Assembly: GCA_021850865.1 (NCBI GenBank)
Contig: JAJZKN010000001.1
Coordinates: 158,834 to 222,833 of the forward strand
Direction: 5' to 3'
Length of the DNA: 64,000 nt
Origin: a bacterium
Lineage (GTDB): Bacteria; Patescibacteriota; Saccharimonadia; Saccharimonadales; UBA4665
A program made the translations under genes and the position numbers. Shown piece by piece: positions 62,414 through 64,000 of the stretch; the first letter of the stretch is position 1; the number at the start of each line of letters is the position of its first letter. The notes beneath the pieces were generated by a model. That model saw only the letters and a list, made by a program, of their open reading frames with translations. It searched no databases and was not told the origin of the DNA.

Positions 62414-64000
62414 TTAACTACAGCCGGTAGTACTGCCGCATGAGGTACAGACATAACAACTTCCGGCCCGTTGGGTAATATTCCCACAGTTGTAACAAAG
62501 CGGCGCGTTCTGGTCATTGACCGAACTGAGCGGCGTCTGTTGTTCTGTCGGTGAAATATCGCTAAAGAACGCCTCGGGAGACTGAGTCTCGCTCTCGGCT
62601 TTGACCTTTTCGGCAATTGCTTCAAATCCCGCAGATTGGCCTTCTTCGCGCGGCTCTAACAATGAAGTCTGGGATTTGCTCAAATCAAGATCTTCCAGGT
62701 TAGCCAAGCCGAGCTCAAGCCGATCATCAAAACTCAAGTAGTCAATGGCCAATCGCCTGAGAATATAGTCAGTAATTGAACTTGCGGTAGTGATTTCCGG
62801 ATCGTCAGTCAAGCCAGCCGGAGCAAATGAAGTACCCCTTAAGATTCTAACGTAATGCTTAAGTGGCACCCCGTACTGCAGGCCTAAACTGACCGATATG
62901 GCAAACGAGTCCATTATCCCGCTAAGCGTACTTCCCTGCTTACTGACATTAATAAACAATTCGCCTGGTTTACCGTCTTCAAATTCACCGACTGTAAAGT
63001 AGCCGTCCAGGTCAGCAATCTGAAACTTATAGGTTCTGCTATTACGGACTTTCGGTAATTTTCGTCTGGCCGGCGCATTAAGCACAATTCGGCTGGCGCC
63101 GGAATCAATCTTGGTTACCTCTTCTTTGGACTCCTCTTTATCCGATCCTTCTTTTTTGGCCATAGACAGCGGCTGGGCAACCTTACAGTTGTCGCGGTAA
63201 ATTGCTATTGCTTTAAGCCCCATTTTCCAAGCGTCAATATGCAGTTGCTCAATATCTTCAACGGTTGCCTCCTCGGGCATGTTGACTGTTTTGGATATAG
63301 CCCCAGATATAAACGGTTGAACGGCGGCCATCATTTTAACGTGCCCAAGATAATGAATAGCATTATCCCCCATCGAGCAAGCAAAGACGGGCAGGTGTTC
63401 ATTTTTCAAGTGTGGCGCGCCGACGATAGTCTTTTCTTCGTCAATATACTTGATGATATCGTCGACTTCCGTCTTCTTGTAGCCCAAGGCTTTGAGTGCG
63501 CGGGGGACGGTCTGGTTGACAATGCTCATTGAGCCACCGCCAACCAGTTTTTTAACTTTAACTAGTCCGAGATCCGGCTCAATCCCGGTAGTATCGCAGT
63601 CCATCATTAATCCTATAGTCCCAGTAGGAGCCAAGACGCTGGCTTGCGAGTTTCGGACTCCATAGCGTTCGCCCAACTCTACCGCCTCGTCCCAAGCAGC
63701 AGCTGCCGCACTCAGCAAATCCTCGCTAACCAGCCCGGCATCAATCTTGGACACTTCGTCCCGGTGCTGTTTCAAAACTCTAATCATACCCTCGCGGTCA
63801 CGGTTAAAGCCGGCAAATGGACCAACTTTGGCAGCGATCTTCGCGGACGTAGCATAAGCATAACCGGTCAGTAGCGATGTTATCGCTGCTGCCTGAGCCC
63901 GACCTTCGTCGCTGTCGTAAGGCAAACCCTGGGCCATTAACAGTGCTCCCAGGTTAGCATAACCAATACCCAGTTCACGATAAGCCTTGGCGTTCTTGCC
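62414..64000 (-). CDS. nrdJ: Class II (adenosylcobalamin-dependent) ribonucleotide reductase, C-terminal part (5' end outside the window)
   Basis: The frame stays open to base 64000 (GKNAKAYRELGIGYANLGALLMAQGLPYDS...). It matches the class II RNR core pattern. The C-terminal Cys cluster CYNCGNITQRAGSCYVCTSCGSTTGCS is present. Confidence 0.92.
   Translation of the reverse strand, partial: GKNAKAYRELGIGYANLGALLMAQGLPYDSDEGRAQAAAITSLLTGYAYATSAKIAAKVGPFAGFNRDREGMIRVLKQHRDEVSKIDAGLVSEDLLSAAAAAWDEAVELGERYGVRNSQASVLAPTGTIGLMMDCDTTGIEPDLGLVKVKKLVGGGSMSIVNQTVPRALKALGYKKTEVDDIIKYIDEEKTIVGAPHLKNEHLPVFACSMGDNAIHYLGHVKMMAAVQPFISGAISKTVNMPEEATVEDIEQLHIDAWKMGLKAIAIYRDNCKVAQPLSMAKKEGSDKEESKEEVTKIDSGASRIVLNAPARRKLPKVRNSRTYKFQIADLDGYFTVGEFEDGKPGELFINVSKQGSTLSGIMDSFAISVSLGLQYGVPLKHYVRILRGTSFAPAGLTDDPEITTASSITDYILRRLAIDYLSFDDRLELGLANLEDLDLSKSQTSLLEPREEGQSAGFEAIAEKVKAESETQSPEAFFSDISPTEQQTPLSSVNDQNAPLCYNCGNITQRAGSCYVCTSCGSTTGCS

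Noticed and set aside
61745-62625. Small ORFs 61745-61978 (77 aa) and 62386-62625 (79 aa) on the minus strand.
   Set aside because: The first runs through the T-box leader into ileS out of frame. The second is an Arg-rich alternative frame of the nrdJ 3' end. Neither has independent support.

Overview
This is a gene-dense stretch of a small bacterial chromosome, with about 60 CDS, mostly on the minus strand, and very short intergenic gaps. Gene content and protein architecture suggest a Patescibacteria/CPR (Saccharibacteria-like) genome. The supporting traits are a short EF-Ts, a TopA without Zn ribbons, a ProRS lacking the editing insertion, and a type IV pilin-like gene. That placement is inference only, since no database search was possible.

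The window is almost entirely housekeeping:
- topA (partial).
- A compact dcw cluster: mraZ-rsmH-ftsL-ftsI-mraY-ftsW-murG-ftsQ.
- Six aminoacyl-tRNA synthetases: glyQS, serS, lysS, proS, ileS, plus a T-box leader on ileS.
- recO, xseAB, pyrG, secA-prfB-ftsEX followed by a PcsB-like CHAP hydrolase and a Ctp protease, hpf, greA.
- rseP-frr-tsf-rpsB, rpmE-prfA-prmC, htrA, lepB, parAB, rplU, rpmA.
- A partial class II ribonucleotide reductase.

I saw no rRNA, tRNA, CRISPR array, transposase, integrase or clear defence island, and I do not think the window holds a large novel gene system.

The most interesting signals are non-coding or degenerate:
1. A dif-like inverted repeat with a TGTATA core lies inside a 768-bp AT-rich gene desert, exactly where plus-strand genes meet the long minus-strand run. 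This is a probable replication terminus.
2. A cytoplasmic histidine-kinase-like and receiver-like gene pair has both phospho-sites apparently replaced by Glu.
3. The ileS T-box-like leader has an unusual terminator topology.
4. A textbook MraZ operator (three GTGGG-type boxes at 10-bp period) overlaps a near-consensus promoter.
5. Short motifs recur in the two largest non-coding gaps.
6. Several promoters appear leaderless or nearly leaderless.

All calls are by eye from the sequence and the ORF translations. Start codons are less certain than stops.
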